Assembly (NCBI GenBank): GCA_951406725.2
Contig: OX597815.1
Span: 86,180,001-86,244,000, forward strand
DNA from: Octopus vulgaris
Taxonomy: Eukaryota
Reading direction: 5' to 3'
Length of the DNA: 64,000 nt
The notes beneath the pieces were generated by a model. That model had not been told where the DNA came from and ran no database searches. It was given only the letters and a program-made list of their open reading frames with translations. The position numbers and the translations under genes are program-made. Shown here piece by piece: positions 12,798-26,458 of this stretch; positions within the stretch are counted from its first letter, which is position 1, and each line of letters begins with the position of its first letter.

Positions 12798-12884
12798 ATA
12801 CATTATTATTCCAAAGAGTTACATCACACTGTAAAAAATATGAAAAGTACATGTAGTATTACCCATTCTATTACTGCTTCACAA

Positions 12885-13030
12885 CCAGTAACTTAGCAGT
12901 CCGGCAAAAGAGACCGATAGAATAAGTACCAGGCTTAAAATATAAATAATGGAGTCGATTCATTCGAGTGAAAATTCAAGACGGGTGCCCCAGCATGGTC
13001 GCAGTCAAATGACTGAAACAAGTAGAAGAT
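12885..13030 (+). mobile_element. SINE family A 3' fragment
   Basis: gtaacttagcagtccggcaaaagagaccgatagaataagtacc..ccagcatggtcgcagtcaaatgactgaaacaagta. Confidence 0.8.
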
Positions 13031-13854
13031 AAAAGCTAAAAGATATATAGTGTCTTGTGCATACACCCACTCAAACACACACACACACATACACGCAAAC
13101 GGATGATCTTTTAAAAAGAGAGGCATGACCTAAGAACGAAACTGTTTGAATACACATTTCATTTCTACTGAAATCGGATTTGTAGTAAATGGAAATCCAC
13201 ACATTTTATCTTTCGGTCAATGTTATAAATATAAAAAAAGAGACACCGGCCAAAGAAAATAAAGGGGAAAAAACAAAAACTATAAACTAATGACGAAGAA
13301 GAAACAACTGAAGAGTTGAATTACGTCTACAGAAAAATATTTCCATGGTAATGAGACTAAATGTCTGTACTTTGAAAAGGTATACATTCGTATAACTGTC
13401 ATACCTGCCAACGATATAATGATTTCACTGATATCTATATTTTTGAAGTCTCTACAGTTACTTATATTAATATCTATACTGATTTCTTTCCTTATCAGTT
13501 CTCCGCCTTTTCAATGACTACTTCCTAGTCATATTTTTAAAAAATTATATTTGTTTTTCTTTTATATATATATATATCTTTTACTAATACTTCTGCAGTT
13601 TATTTTATTTAAATTTTTTTTAGTATGATCTATTGTATGCGTGTGTTCATCCATATTTAATTTGTACATTTACTGAGCAGCGGTTTTGGTTTTCATTATT
13701 TTTGTTTACAGTATTACAATATAAATTAAAACAGTTCAACGGGGCATAACTCTTTGTATATGCGTTCGTATATGAGTGTGTGTGGGCGCGTGTGTGTGCA
13801 TGTGTGTGCACGTCTGTATGAGAGTGTGTGTATGTGTATATATGTCTATCTATA

Positions 13855-13893
<39 letters not shown>

Positions 13894-16800
13894 TTTTTAA
13901 CCTTCCTATTCTTATAATCACCAAGTAGATAGCTAACTCGGTTTGTGATCATGCGTACACCAAACCGCACGTGTGCATATGCTCACATTTTTGCGGATGC
14001 TTGTATGAGCGAGTGTACTTGCACCATACAGCTTGTCCGAGGGCGTTTATATATCCATATCTGTTAACGGTTATTTAATACTTTTCTCGCTGGATTGTGT
14101 CTTTGTTTCTCTTTTTGTCGTTTGTGATTTTATTTTAATTTTCTATATAAATGAAGATATTTCCTCCGTCAGGCTGCTTTTCTCTCTACTTGCATGGCAG
14201 AACAGTCATTTTAACGAGTTGTATTTATTTATCACCCGATGAGATATATCTGCACCACCGGATGCTCCTGAACCAGTTGTTGGGTGTCCCACCGATGAGG
14301 AATCAAAGCTAGATGTGTCGAAAGAATTGCCGTGATTAATAATAACTTCTCGTATATTCCATCTTCCGTCTTTCGTTTGCCATATACCTAATGATCACTG
14401 TGAAAGTAACCGTCATTTACCAGTAAGCTGCCAGATGAAAACCAATCGTTTTATTATCCCTTAACCACAACTAATTTCCGATTTCCGATTTCCGGGAGAA
14501 AGGTGCTATACGGTAGCGTACCAAGATGATGGATAAAATAACACTGAGTGTTTCGCTAAAGGACATACCTATACTCTGTAGGAAGGATTATACACGTGAT
14601 CTTTTGAAGAACACTAACCAATTTGTACGTAGAATGCAGTGGAAGGCTTTCGTTTTCGACAAGGAGCTGAAACCACACCTGGACATGGTGACCTACTAAG
14701 GAAAGTATTGAAATCTGGAAGGAACCTACTGATTAACCGACACCTAACCAGATTTGAAGAATAATCATATAGTATAGTCAAGAACATGATGTTCAGGAAG
14801 TACCTTAGTAGGTGTAATATACATCAGCAGAAAATTCGTAAATTACTTGTCGACTTCAAGAAAGCTCCGGAGATACTTGTACAAGCGGACAAAACAAGTA
14901 ACATTTATGTTATTGATATTGAGCTATATAAGTCTATGATTAGGAAGGAATTACGCAGCCAATATAAACACGCTAGTAAGACGTATTCAAAAGAATTAAT
15001 AATATAGGGCTACAAATCGTCAGATATCTAGCCATAGATAATAGCACCGAACCCTACGTCCCTCGAAAATCCTGGATTATGCCTAAGGACCATAAACCTA
15101 ACATTCTTTTCGACCCCTCACTAAGACTGATTTCTCCATCTAAATCCGATATAGGCATTATTAGTAAAAAACAATCATTGATTGGGCAATACCCGTCCTT
15201 AAGTCTAAAATTAAATTGGCCCTCTGGTCGGATACCCAAGAGGTGGTTGTATGGTTTAAGCTTCTACAAATAAGTAAATATAGTAAATTATTGTAACTAG
15301 ATATAGAGAGCTATTATGCCACTATTAACCTGATCGTTATTAATCACGCACTGATTTTTAGTATGAATAATTCCGATTTCTCCTGATGCGAAATAGATAA
15401 TATACTTGCCGCGCGAGCCACTGTAGTAGATTTTGATGGCAGATTATAAAATAGATTAGATATGGAGTAGATTTGATATAGCAATAGTCTCATATGATTC
15501 TGTCTAGGCCAGTGACGTAATCGGAATATATATCCTTACATTTATTCAGTCTTCCTTTCCGGAAGTAACAGGGGGTCTATATAGATATGATGTCTTATTT
15601 TATCTGGTCAGAAGTAGTAAAGTACAGTTAGAAAGGCATAGGAAAATTTTCTTTAAACTTTTCAAAAATTGAGGACTAAACATTACTATGGGTAAAGATT
15701 ATCGAAGAGTGAATTTTCTTGACGCTACCTTCTGTCTTGACACTGGATTATTTGAACCATTTCATAAGCCAAATGGTCATATTAAGTACATTAACGTAGC
15801 ATCCAACCATCCACCCTCGATTATACAGGGACTAGTTAAGAATTAATAGATTATTCGCTAATAATTAGATTTTCGAATCACATGCATCTTATGTTGCTGC
15901 TCTAGCTAGGGTTGGGTACCATGAAGAAATTCAATATATATAAGTAGCAGGCATACACAACACTAGTGATTTCTTCAACCATGATGTACATTGTATACCG
16001 CCAGAATGTTACGGTTTGAAAACTCACCCAGATAAAGAATACAGGCCAGGAAGTACCAACGAAAACTCATAGACATACGCGACATAATAATCCAACTGTT
16101 TGTTCCAATCCTGTACAACACACTAAATAAATTAACCTAACAGGAATCAGGATGTCCTCTGGTTCAAACGACTTTCGGTTTGCATATTTCAACCAAGCTC
16201 GCTGGAATTTTTTTTGTTACTTTCCAATCGGTATCATGCTATTTTTAATCGACATACAGTGAAGGTATCCTACGCAAACTCTGCTAATTCAGAGTAGCTT
16301 ATGCATCGCATAAACAATAGCAAAATACGGCAAAGGTTCAATAACCCACCTACTAGATCTATCCAACATTTATATGTAAATACCAACCAAGGAGATGTAA
16401 ACCGCAATGATAAACACCAACTACGACGAATTTGTAGTTGTAGAAATACTTATGATACAGCTAACACAGTAACAACGTCAGTAAATAGAGTCGTGGCTAC
16501 CTTATATACACATACGATAAATGCTCATGCAGAGAAAAATCAAAATGTCCTTTGATGAATCTCTGTATGAGTACGAATCTTCTATATAAATGCACCGTGC
16601 ACAGAAAGGGAGGGCCGTTTGTTTACATTGGGCAGTCGGCTGATTCATTTAAGAATCGTTATAGTAACCATGTTGCCAGCTTTAAGACAGTCACCAAGAG
16701 ACAATCAACATCATTGTCAGATTTTGTATGGCGACTGAAGGAGGGTAAAATGAAGTATAGCATTAATTGATCCATAGTAAGATACACGAAACCATACAAT

Positions 16801-17250
16801 ATAATTTACAGGAGTTGCCGACTCTGCTCCGATGGATCGCAGTACATTCTGTGGACAAACGAGAAGATCATTAGTAGAAATTCTGAACGACTCTCGAGAT
16901 GCCTACACGCATATAATTATACTTTCGCACAATGCAGTGAGAATGAATTTTGAATAACCGGTATCTTATTATACTTTAAGGTATGGATGACTTAAGTTTA
17001 CTTTTAACTCCCCCGTTCTTAAACGCACCAAGTAGACAGCTAACTCGCTTTGTGATCATGAGTGCATCAAATCTCACGTGTGCGTCTGCTCACATTTTTG
17101 CGGATGCTTTTATGCGCCAGAGTACTCGCACCATGCAGCTTACTCCAGGGCGTTTACACATCCATATCTGTTAACGGTTATTTTAGATACTTTTCTCGCT
17201 GGATTGCGTGTTCGTTTCTCTTTTTGTCATCTGTGATTTTAGTTTTGATT
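13894..17250 (+). mobile_element. Penelope-like retroelement (probably Naiad clade) with direct pseudo-LTRs, decayed
   Basis: Direct repeats about 13894-14140 and 17002-17250 flank a broken RT + GIY-YIG reading frame. Confidence 0.9.
14526..16955 (+). pseudogene. Penelope-like RT-GIY-YIG polyprotein, many stops and frameshifts
   Basis: SLKDIPI..FVRRMQWKAF; ILVQADKTSNIY; KDHKPN..RLISPSKSDIGIISK; DIESYYATI; LYRYD (YRDD position); VNFLDATF..PFHKPN..YINVASNHPPSII; CSCREKSKCPLMNLC; LLYKC..VYIGQSADSFKNRYSNH; CRLC..RCLH. Confidence 0.9.
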
Positions 17251-17272
17251 TTAGTTTTGATCTTAGTTTTGA

Positions 17273-17389
17273 TCAATGCAAACCGTGTACGAGTGCATAC
17301 CTCGTAGAATTCAAGCGGTAATTAATGCCAAAAGTGGTCCTACCCCATATGAAAATAAGGTGTTTCCAATATTTTGTCCAACCCCTGTA
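17273..17389 (+). mobile_element. Tc1-family transposon 3' end (transposase C-terminus plus terminal repeat)
   Basis: YECIPRRIQAVINAKSGPTPY resembles the Tc1 SMPRRLQAVIxAKGGxTKY end; followed by ccaatattttgtccaacccctg and TA. Confidence 0.8.
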
Positions 17390-17398
17390 TATATATAT

Positions 17399-17465
<67 letters not shown>

Positions 17466-18121
17466 AGCCATCTCGCCACAGTTGTAAATTTTAAAGCATA
17501 ACTATCACTACTACTAGATGAACCTGAAGACTGTATATTTTAATGCATGAAAATACTAATTCAATCAGAATGGACATTTAATATTCTATCATCTTATATA
17601 ATCTTATATTATTATTATAAGATTGTAAATAAAACTATATATGACACCCTTATCCTATCACCAATCCTTCGACTGAACAGAACAATACTTAGCTATTTAC
17701 TATGGATACTCAGTAACTCTCCATTTAGTTCTTCGGTTTGCACTTGTAATAGACACTGTTATTTTATATACTAAACAATCTTGCATATTATTTTACCTTT
17801 CAGTCCGTTATGTTTTAAGAATCATTGTATTCATTAATTATAACCAAAAACATTTTTAATGTATCTTATTTCTCTCTTTAGTTTTAATTCACTAAAAGCT
17901 CACTTTCCAGCATTTCATAACTATCCACTTTATGATCGCTTATGATGCCAAAGCAGGAACTTTTCGAACGGATTTCCAGTTTGCACATCTGTTCCCTTTT
18001 ATCACCTCTTACTATGACAAACAACAATCCAAAGAAAATAACCCACCTCAAGGATACTTATTTGTAATATCTATGTCTTTCATAAACCGGCAAACTGGCA
18101 GAATAGTTATCGTTCATAAGT

Positions 18122-18305
18122 CGGCGAGCTAGCAGAATCGCTAAAATGGTTAGCGGCATTTGATCCATCTTTACGTTCTGAGTTCAAATTCCGCCGAGTT
18201 CTATTTTGCCTTTCATCATTTCGGGGTCTCGATAAAATAACATTGGGGTTGATGCTATCGACTAGCTCCCTCCCACGAAATTGTTGGCCATGTACTAAAA
18301 TTTAA
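18122..18305 (+). mobile_element. SINE family D (Meta-domain-like core)
   Basis: ggcgagctagcagaatcg..ctgagttcaaattccgccgag..tttgcctttcatcatttcgggg; related copies at 21306, 36545 and on the minus strand near 3150-3290, 26930-27160, 30085-30220 and 37100-37430. Confidence 0.7.
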
Positions 18306-19602
18306 ATTATGTCCTCCATAATTCTTTAAAACGTATAAAGCAATATCGCAAACATCCAAACATGTTACAAATGTTTTTTATAAAATATTTGTGCTTTAAC
18401 AATCTATAAATGTTTCTCCAACTAATATCTTAGTGTCACTAAATAATTCAACATCCCACAGTTAACTTCTTCTTACGTTAAATAGTCATGTTGACTCACG
18501 TGATACAGAATCTATGTAAAACATAATGTAAAATGACATAACTGTTATACTTCCCCATTTCACTTAAAATATGTCTTTAGTTCCCTACATATAGAAAATA
18601 GTTTTGGGAAGGGTATTGGTAGAACGGTTAAACTTAGTAGAGTGGTTAAATTCAACTAGTTGTTTCATCCTTCACGGTTCGATCAAATAAGTACTAGTCA
18701 AATACTAGAGTGTATTTAATAGCGTATACACTTCTCACTAAAGTAACTGATTTTGCGACTTAAATCAAAGTTAATTACCAACCGAAAGGAGAAATCTGTA
18801 TTATGAGTTTTTGAAAAGATGGTTATTGGTAGAAACAGTAAAGTATTTCGTTACACCGCTATGCACCCAGAGCTGAAATTTCTCCATAATATCATCTTAG
18901 TTTTTTCAGTTAAGTACTAGTCAAGTACTAGACTCCATTGAATGGAGTACACCCATCCACCTTTCTTTCCTGATGCACTTGCTTTCATGAACTTAAGTTA
19001 CGCATAATTATTACGCTTGTTCTTTAAAGGGTTAACGTCCACTGGTTGTCAATATTCTCATTGAAAAATCTTGGCGCTAGAATAATACATTAGTTCAAGA
19101 AAGATCAGGAATTTTAGTGACATGCATTAATTGAGATACAACAATGATTGAATGGAATTGTGATGGCAAACACAAGCTGCAGGAGTGAAGACCGGACAAT
19201 GAGAGGGAAAGAGAGAGAGAAAGTAAGAGACAGAGAGGATGTGTATGTGTGCATGTGTGTATGTATGTGCACAGGCATTTACTTAAAGACTTTTTGAATA
19301 GACATTATTAATAGCAGAGCTGTGATGAATCTGTATGTGTGTGTGCGGGTCTGCATGTGAGAAACAGGAGTGCGGTACGTAGAAGATGAGTGAGGGTTCG
19401 CGTGGAAGTGATAGAGAAAAATGCGAATGTGAAAACGGAAGATAAGGAAAAAGTGAAAGGCAGAAAAATAAAAGAATGATAGGAATATGACACGTGAACT
19501 TGCTGAATGTATTCAATGATAGGTCTGGCCGTATACTAGTAGATGGCGCTGTAGGAATGAAGAATGAATCGATGTAAAGAAGCCGGGAGGAAAACAAGAG
19601 TG

Positions 19603-19691
19603 AAGAAGAAGAAGAAGAAGAAGAAGAAGAAGAAGAAGAAGAAGAAAAAGAAGAGGAAGTAGAGGAAGAAGAAAAAGAAGAAGAAGAAGAA

Positions 19692-19738
<47 letters not shown>

Positions 19739-19780
19739 AGAAGAAGAAGAAGAAGAAGAAGAAGAAGAAGAAGAAGAAGG
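19603..19780. repeat. (GAA)n microsatellite
   Basis: Directly visible. Confidence 0.97.
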
Positions 19781-20211
19781 AAAAATAGAGAAGAGGAGAT
19801 GTATGGAAGGAAGAGAAGCATTGAGGATGGGGAAAAAAGTGATGGGACAAATTGTGTGAGTGAAAATTATTTAGTGTTTAGATGTTATTTTCTTCTAGAG
19901 ATGTGCGGAGAAATTAGATAAAATGAGTGAAGTGGTTAAATATGAAGAATAAATGAGTGATGGTGAGAAAGTGAGACTGGAGTAGAAAGTTTTAAAAAGC
20001 AATAGAGTTAAAGAAAGCGAAAGTGAGAGAGAAAAAGGCGACAGAATGTAATAAATTATGAGAGAAAGGGAGATATGATGGTTGATACCAATATATTATA
20101 AAAAGAAGGTATCAAAATTGAGTGAAAGAATGGAAACTGGGCATTGAGAAAGGAACGGTGTGAAAGATTTTTAACATGTGAGTTTGTATATGCCAAATCA
20201 TGAATTAAGTA

Positions 20212-20306
<95 letters not shown>

Positions 20307-21305
20307 GATGCACCCTACCATGTACACATATATATGTATTTACTTATCTGAACTTTTTTGTCAACAAATGCCTTCAATGCATAGTTTATCGATATTTGGT
20401 ATATAAAAAAAAATCCGATACAAGCAAAATACACGCGCACGCGCACGCACAAGCCCATACGCACATGTACACACATACATACCACACACAAAATGGCTCA
20501 TTTATAACTTTCTGAGTGCCGCAAAGAGGAAAGATAGTAAAAGATAGCACACATGCGATAACATTGTTATATCAACAAAAGGCTTAATCATTTCCAGAAT
20601 TGTATATTAACGCAATTAGACATATCGACGTTTGATACGAGAAATTCTTCATTCGCTGTTTGAAGGATATTTCAGAGGAAAAATGCCAACTGGCGCCTAG
20701 ATTGTATAGATAAAACACGCACAATAGCATTTCATTGAAATATCATCACTAGAAAAGAAAAAAAAAAGATATATATTACCACATCTTATTTTCATTTATT
20801 TATTTTTGTTCGGGGTGGCGAAGAAAAATTTGGCGAAAAGATTATTTGATAAACATAGAGTAATGTGAAGAGCAAGTGAAATTGTGTAGTGGTATGACTA
20901 AATTCTTTTTTTCTATTTAGTAAAAAAATTTTCTTTAATTCCATGATAAATTGATTGAATATGCAAATGTTACGGAATATCACAGATATTGCAAAATTGC
21001 ACACATATAGCGTGATGTGCTTAGTAAGGATTCAGTGGTTAAGTGAATAAACTATACTATGTATTAGCAGCTTGTAAGACATGAGCCTGGATTGGACTAG
21101 ATTTTTAGACTCTTTCGCTGCTGAAGTACAATAAAAGATTTAAATTTATTTAGTAAATATCTATACTTGGATATTTACTATAAGTATAAATAAATATCTA
21201 TATTTAAATGTCTCGAAGATTTAACGAGTGAGGAAATTTTTTACTCTCCGGAGCATTAACGAAGCAGATGAAATATAATCTGTTTAACGAGAAATACAAA
21301 GATTA

Positions 21306-21495
21306 TTGGCAGAATTGGTGGACCGTCGGAGGAAAGCTTTTTTGATATTAGTTGTGGTTTTTATGTTTTGAGTTCCAAGTTGCCGAAGTCAGCATTATCA
21401 TTCATCCCTCCGGGGTGTCAGTCAAGTACTGGATGTAATGGTATCGATTAAACCTTTCCCTTGAAATCACTGGTTCTATACCTAAATTAGAAACA
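21306..21495 (+). mobile_element. SINE family D, diverged copy
   Basis: tggcagaattgg..ttttgagttccaagttgccgaagtc..ttcatccctccgggg. Confidence 0.55.
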
Positions 21496-21704
21496 ATTAT
21501 TGGAAACTCAAAAATATGTAACGCTGTCAATAATATTTTTATGCCTGTTTATTGGCTTCCGACGTAATACAACAGATAATCTCTCTATAACAAATTCACG
21601 ATCTACGATTTTCCCCCCTCATTTTCTTTTCTCCATCTTTCATGGCTTTTCCCACGATGACTGCATAATCGTGCTATGATAACAATAATATATAACTATT
21701 TATC

Positions 21705-22135
21705 TTTATCTTTAAGTAGTTTCACTTATTAGAATGAGGCCACGCAAGGGCACCGCGTTGAAGGATTTAGTCGATCAAATCAACTATGGTACTTATTTTA
21801 AAAGTTTGGTACTTGTTCACACTTTTGTCGATCTGCTGAGATACATGGATGTAAACAAACTGACGCTAGTTGTCAAGCGTTGGTGGGGGCAAACGCAAAC
21901 ACAAAGACTCATACACACATATATATACATACAAATATATTCATACACGCACACACATACACATACACACACACAAACAACACATACACACACCTACCTA
22001 CCTACCACGGGCTTCCACCCAGTTTCCGCCAACCAAATTCACTCGCAAGGCATTTGTCAGCTCGAAACTATACTTGAGAACACTAATGTGCGGTGCAGTA
22101 GAACTAAACCTACATCTACGTAGTTGCAGAACGAG
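21705..22135 (-). mobile_element. SINE family A, diverged near-complete copy
   Basis: Colinear with 60800-61195 including the internal (CA)n tract. Confidence 0.7.
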
Positions 22136-22940
22136 CATCCATACGTATTCCTGTTTAAACAACAAAATTCCATTAATTATTCAAATTGAAAGAAACGTTT
22201 ATAAAATATGTAAAGATAAACAATAACAGAATATTGTTAAGGCGTCAGTGAAACAGTTCACTGACAATTTTCGAATCCAGGTTAAACCATCTCACATAGC
22301 CTACAACTTGCACCTTTGATTTCCGGTTGTTATCAATGGCCTAAATTAAAACAGACACCCCGGCTGACGTCCAACTAACCAATTATAATTCAATAGTTGT
22401 TATGCTACTTTCAATTTCTGGCATGATGACAATTGTATTTTTAATAAACATTATAACATCTGAATACACATACTTAACACAAACAAGCATGCACATGTCT
22501 AAAACCAGCCATGGTTTAAGATTGAGATATAATCATTAATACAGTAGAAACACGTACAGCTACTCTCTATCATGCTTACTTGCATTCGCTTACAAACACT
22601 CAGGCATACACAATGATTCAATGAAATGAAAAAAGAAAAAGCGCGTAGACATACCAGCTCACTCACATATATACATTCACCCAGACGAAAAAAATAAACG
22701 TACACCAAACAAGCATTAACAGAACCAACTGCAAAAGCAAATATACGCATGCACGCCTACACACGCACACATCAAACAACACAAGTAACAGAAAAAAAAA
22801 AAAACACGAACGAAATCACAAACAATGCTGCACGCAGATACAAACAAAAGCTCTTTTAGATAAACGCATTACACACATACACACGCAAACACAATATACA
22901 TTACCATTACACATATATTCACATAGATACACGCACACAC

Positions 22941-22975
<35 letters not shown>

Positions 22976-23864
22976 TGCACAGTAAGAATAAGTGTAGTGA
23001 AGAAACAGGTAAACGCGTGATAATACCAGCTCTGTTTTCTATTATATTGAGATGAAAATAGAAATATAACCATATGGTTGAATTCTCCGTGTTAAGTAGC
23101 AAGCATCTCGTATTAAGACGTGCTTCATGTAATGGCAGAGCTGGTACATTTCTACATTTCTTAGTGTAATCTTACTAAAGTGGACACGATACTTATCCAT
23201 GACACAAACAACATTATTATACTTCTTCGATTATATTGACTGTATTTCTCTATCTCCGCCAAATGAACATAACACAATAAACCATTAGGAATTGGGCATA
23301 ACGGTTAACTAGCGCGCGCAGCTACTTTTGTGTTTGTTGCTGTGGCTACTGCTCTTGCTGATGCCGCTGTCACTGCTGCTGCTGGTGCTGCTACCACTAC
23401 TACTACTACTACTACCACCACCACCACCACCATCAACATCAACATCGCCGCTGCAACAGCGGGTTCTTGCATACGCTTTAGTTGGTTTTAATTTCATTTT
23501 CCTATAGCGCTGGATGTTCGACATGTTCTTGCTTTCCTGCCGAAAATTTGTTCATTAAGGTAGAAAAAACCCCCCTAAAAACATCACAACTTCCTAATTT
23601 CTTTGCATGTATTTATAAATAAAAGAAAATCAACTTTAGATAGCCTAGCTGACAATCCAGTTTCATAACGCGGTACTTGAGCAACAGCTGACATATTAAA
23701 GTCCAAGTCACTCTCTACGGTGAATGTCAAGAAAAGAGAAGTGATCTAGAACGCAATAGGATCATCCCAGCTGAACTAAGACAAATAAAGGCAAAGTCTT
23801 TTTCAGTCAGTTACAAACATGATATTAGCCAAATCCAGTTCTATATTTAAGGGATAAGGAATTA

Positions 23865-24340
23865 TGTATATTACTTATATTATTTACATTATTTACAGTT
23901 GACGGATTTTTATCCTCACCTTGTTTATTGTTAACATAACCTTTCGGCTGATATAGCCTCCAGTCTTCACCAGGTATCTTAGGGAAATGTCGAACCTGGG
24001 TTCTCATTCCTAAGGTATTTTTTGATGATATTATTATTACTATTATTATTATCATTATTATTATTATTATTATTCAGGTCACTGCCTAGAATCGAACTTG
24101 TAATTTCGAATTGTAATCGAATTGTAAGAGCTCGCGCTCTTAACCACTACGCCATATGCCTATGGGCATATAACATCGAAATAAAATCGCAAAATACCTT
24201 AGGAACGAGAACCCAGGTTCGAAATTTCCCCCAAGACACCTGATGAAGACTAGAGGGTATATCAGCCAAAACGTTGTGTTAACAACATAGAAGATGAGGA
24301 CAAATATCCGTCAAATGTAAATAATGTAAATAATGTAAAT
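23865..24340. mobile_element. tRNA-head/(TAA)n/hammerhead-tail element, locus 2 (two units head-to-head)
   Basis: Minus unit 23865-24160: head, (TAA)n, tail with CTGGTGA..cagccGAAA. Plus unit 24165-24340: head mostly deleted, tail gacac-CTGATGA..cagcc-AAAA-cgttgtgtt at 24235-24280. Both end in (aatgtaaat)n. Confidence 0.85.
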
Positions 24341-26458
24341 TAACCAAATCGTTGATTGATTTCGTGGTGAGTACCAGTACAAAACCGAACCAGATCAATT
24401 ACGTTTGCAATCTGGAATCTAGGTGGGACTGTTTTTACCAGCCAGTTTACTATCATTGTTTATCTCTGAAAAAATTAACATGTTCAAGGTCTAGATTGAT
24501 CTAGTTTTCAAAATTGATGGAGACACGGATGAGGTGATGTAAGCAAAAAAAAAAAGAAAGAAAAAGAAACAGGCTTGTGGTTGTATCTCCGCTAGAACTG
24601 GGCAATATTTGACTTCCGCAGTCTAAATCTTTGTAACCGTCTGTTACCTACATCGTAGGATGTGGTAAAACTTATGAAAATCTTGAGATCTCTACACTTA
24701 CGAATATGATAAGAAACACAGCGTGTAAGTGTCCTTAAATGAACGTCTCTTTGATGTTTGGGTAATGAAGAAATCATTATTAGTGAGGATTTCCAGTACG
24801 GCTACTAATGGGATTATATTTTACACTTGTATCCCTTTGCAGAACATATAAAACTACCAATACTTATTTTGCAATCTCTGTTATCACCTTAGTATTAAAT
24901 GCCAGAAATATTTGATTGCCGGACTAAATGGCTTGCTGTATTTAATTACGTCTCTCCAGTCTCTGTTTACGTTGTTCTAGGTTCGATAAATAATTACCAT
25001 TAAAACGCTTAAGTCGATTTCCTTGTATGTTTATTCCTACACATTTTGTGACCTTGTGTTAATGTTAGAAATCAGGATTACTATTAACATTAGCGGCAAC
25101 ATGTAAACAGAAAAACACACTCGGTAATTTTTCTTTTAACAGACAATCTAAATTACTAATTTGTTATTTGTTCATCTAAAATTGGATCACTCTTTAATTA
25201 TTCCAGAGCGTTACTGATGATTTGATTTCTGCTTAGAACTTCCATTAAGTCTTCTCTTTCTTTCCTTACATTTCCCCTTCTATTTTTCCAACTCTCTATG
25301 TATACATGCATAAGTTTACTTCTCTTAATCTCTTCTCTCCCTACTTCCAGGTGCTCCGTCACTATTTCTTCCTTTTATATACTTACAATACACTCTCACT
25401 TTCTCTGCTTGTTACGCTCTCTGTCATCTCTCTCACTCTTTATCCATTGTATTTCTTTAGCTCCTTCGCTCTCTATTTCGGTCAACTCTGCAATGTTTAT
25501 TTATTTGCTTTTTGGCTTAAACTACAGTGTGGGAAGTAGAAAATAAAATAGACAACCTGTCAACTCCGAAAATAATGATATATTGACGTAGATGTTGATG
25601 ATGAGAAGAAACAGAATATAGAGAATACAGAGGACATCGAGATACAAAAACATGTGTTAGGAAAGGAGAGGGAAACCTAAGACAGAATTTAAAAAATCAC
25701 CAACTAAAGAATGAACGGATAGTAAAAAAGTCTAAGGAGTGGAACACAATAACAAATTAAGCAGGGCTGAACTAATTTAACGCAGAGCATCAGCGATCTA
25801 ATTAGAAATTTGATGTGAACAGGAGTGGACATTAGTTCAATGACTAATATTAATTTACTCGTTTGGGCAAGTACAGAAGACAGTTCGGCATATTTATTTC
25901 CTTTATTAGACGTCGATATTGAGGTAGAAGTTTCACTGTAATTGTTAAAGAAGTGAAATAGGAATCATGAAATAAGAGATTTTCAGCCGAGAAGGTGAAT
26001 ACATTTGAAATAATTAGAAGAAAAGAAAAACGCTGAAATTTACTACTTTTTTGTGTCTGTATATTGGTCTCCATAAAGCAGGCTTATATGTCAAAGATTT
26101 GGTTCATAAATGAAATCGACCAACTTAATTTCGAAAAAAGTTTTACATTTTTGGTGAATAGTACCAAATTCCTATCTTTCTAAGATTTGTGAATAAATCC
26201 TTTTATTCTCCCAATCATTTCTTCATTTTTTTCTTGTGGTTAGTTTCTTTACGAACTTTACTTTGTCCATTCAAAGAACACTGAATGGGGAAAAAAACTC
26301 TCAAAAATTAGTTCTACAACTGACTTTCCGTGATATTTTCAGCTCTCCTAATCTCTAAGCCGAACCCTTCTTCTATATCCTGTCGGATTTCTACTAGTAC
26401 TTAATTTACATAAGCTCCTCTCTTTTGCTTAACGATAGTTTCGAAACGTTTCCTGCAG

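Noticed and set aside
16768-16770. In-frame TGA in the Penelope endonuclease as possible selenocysteine
   Set aside because: Lies at an expected Trp position in a copy with many other stops
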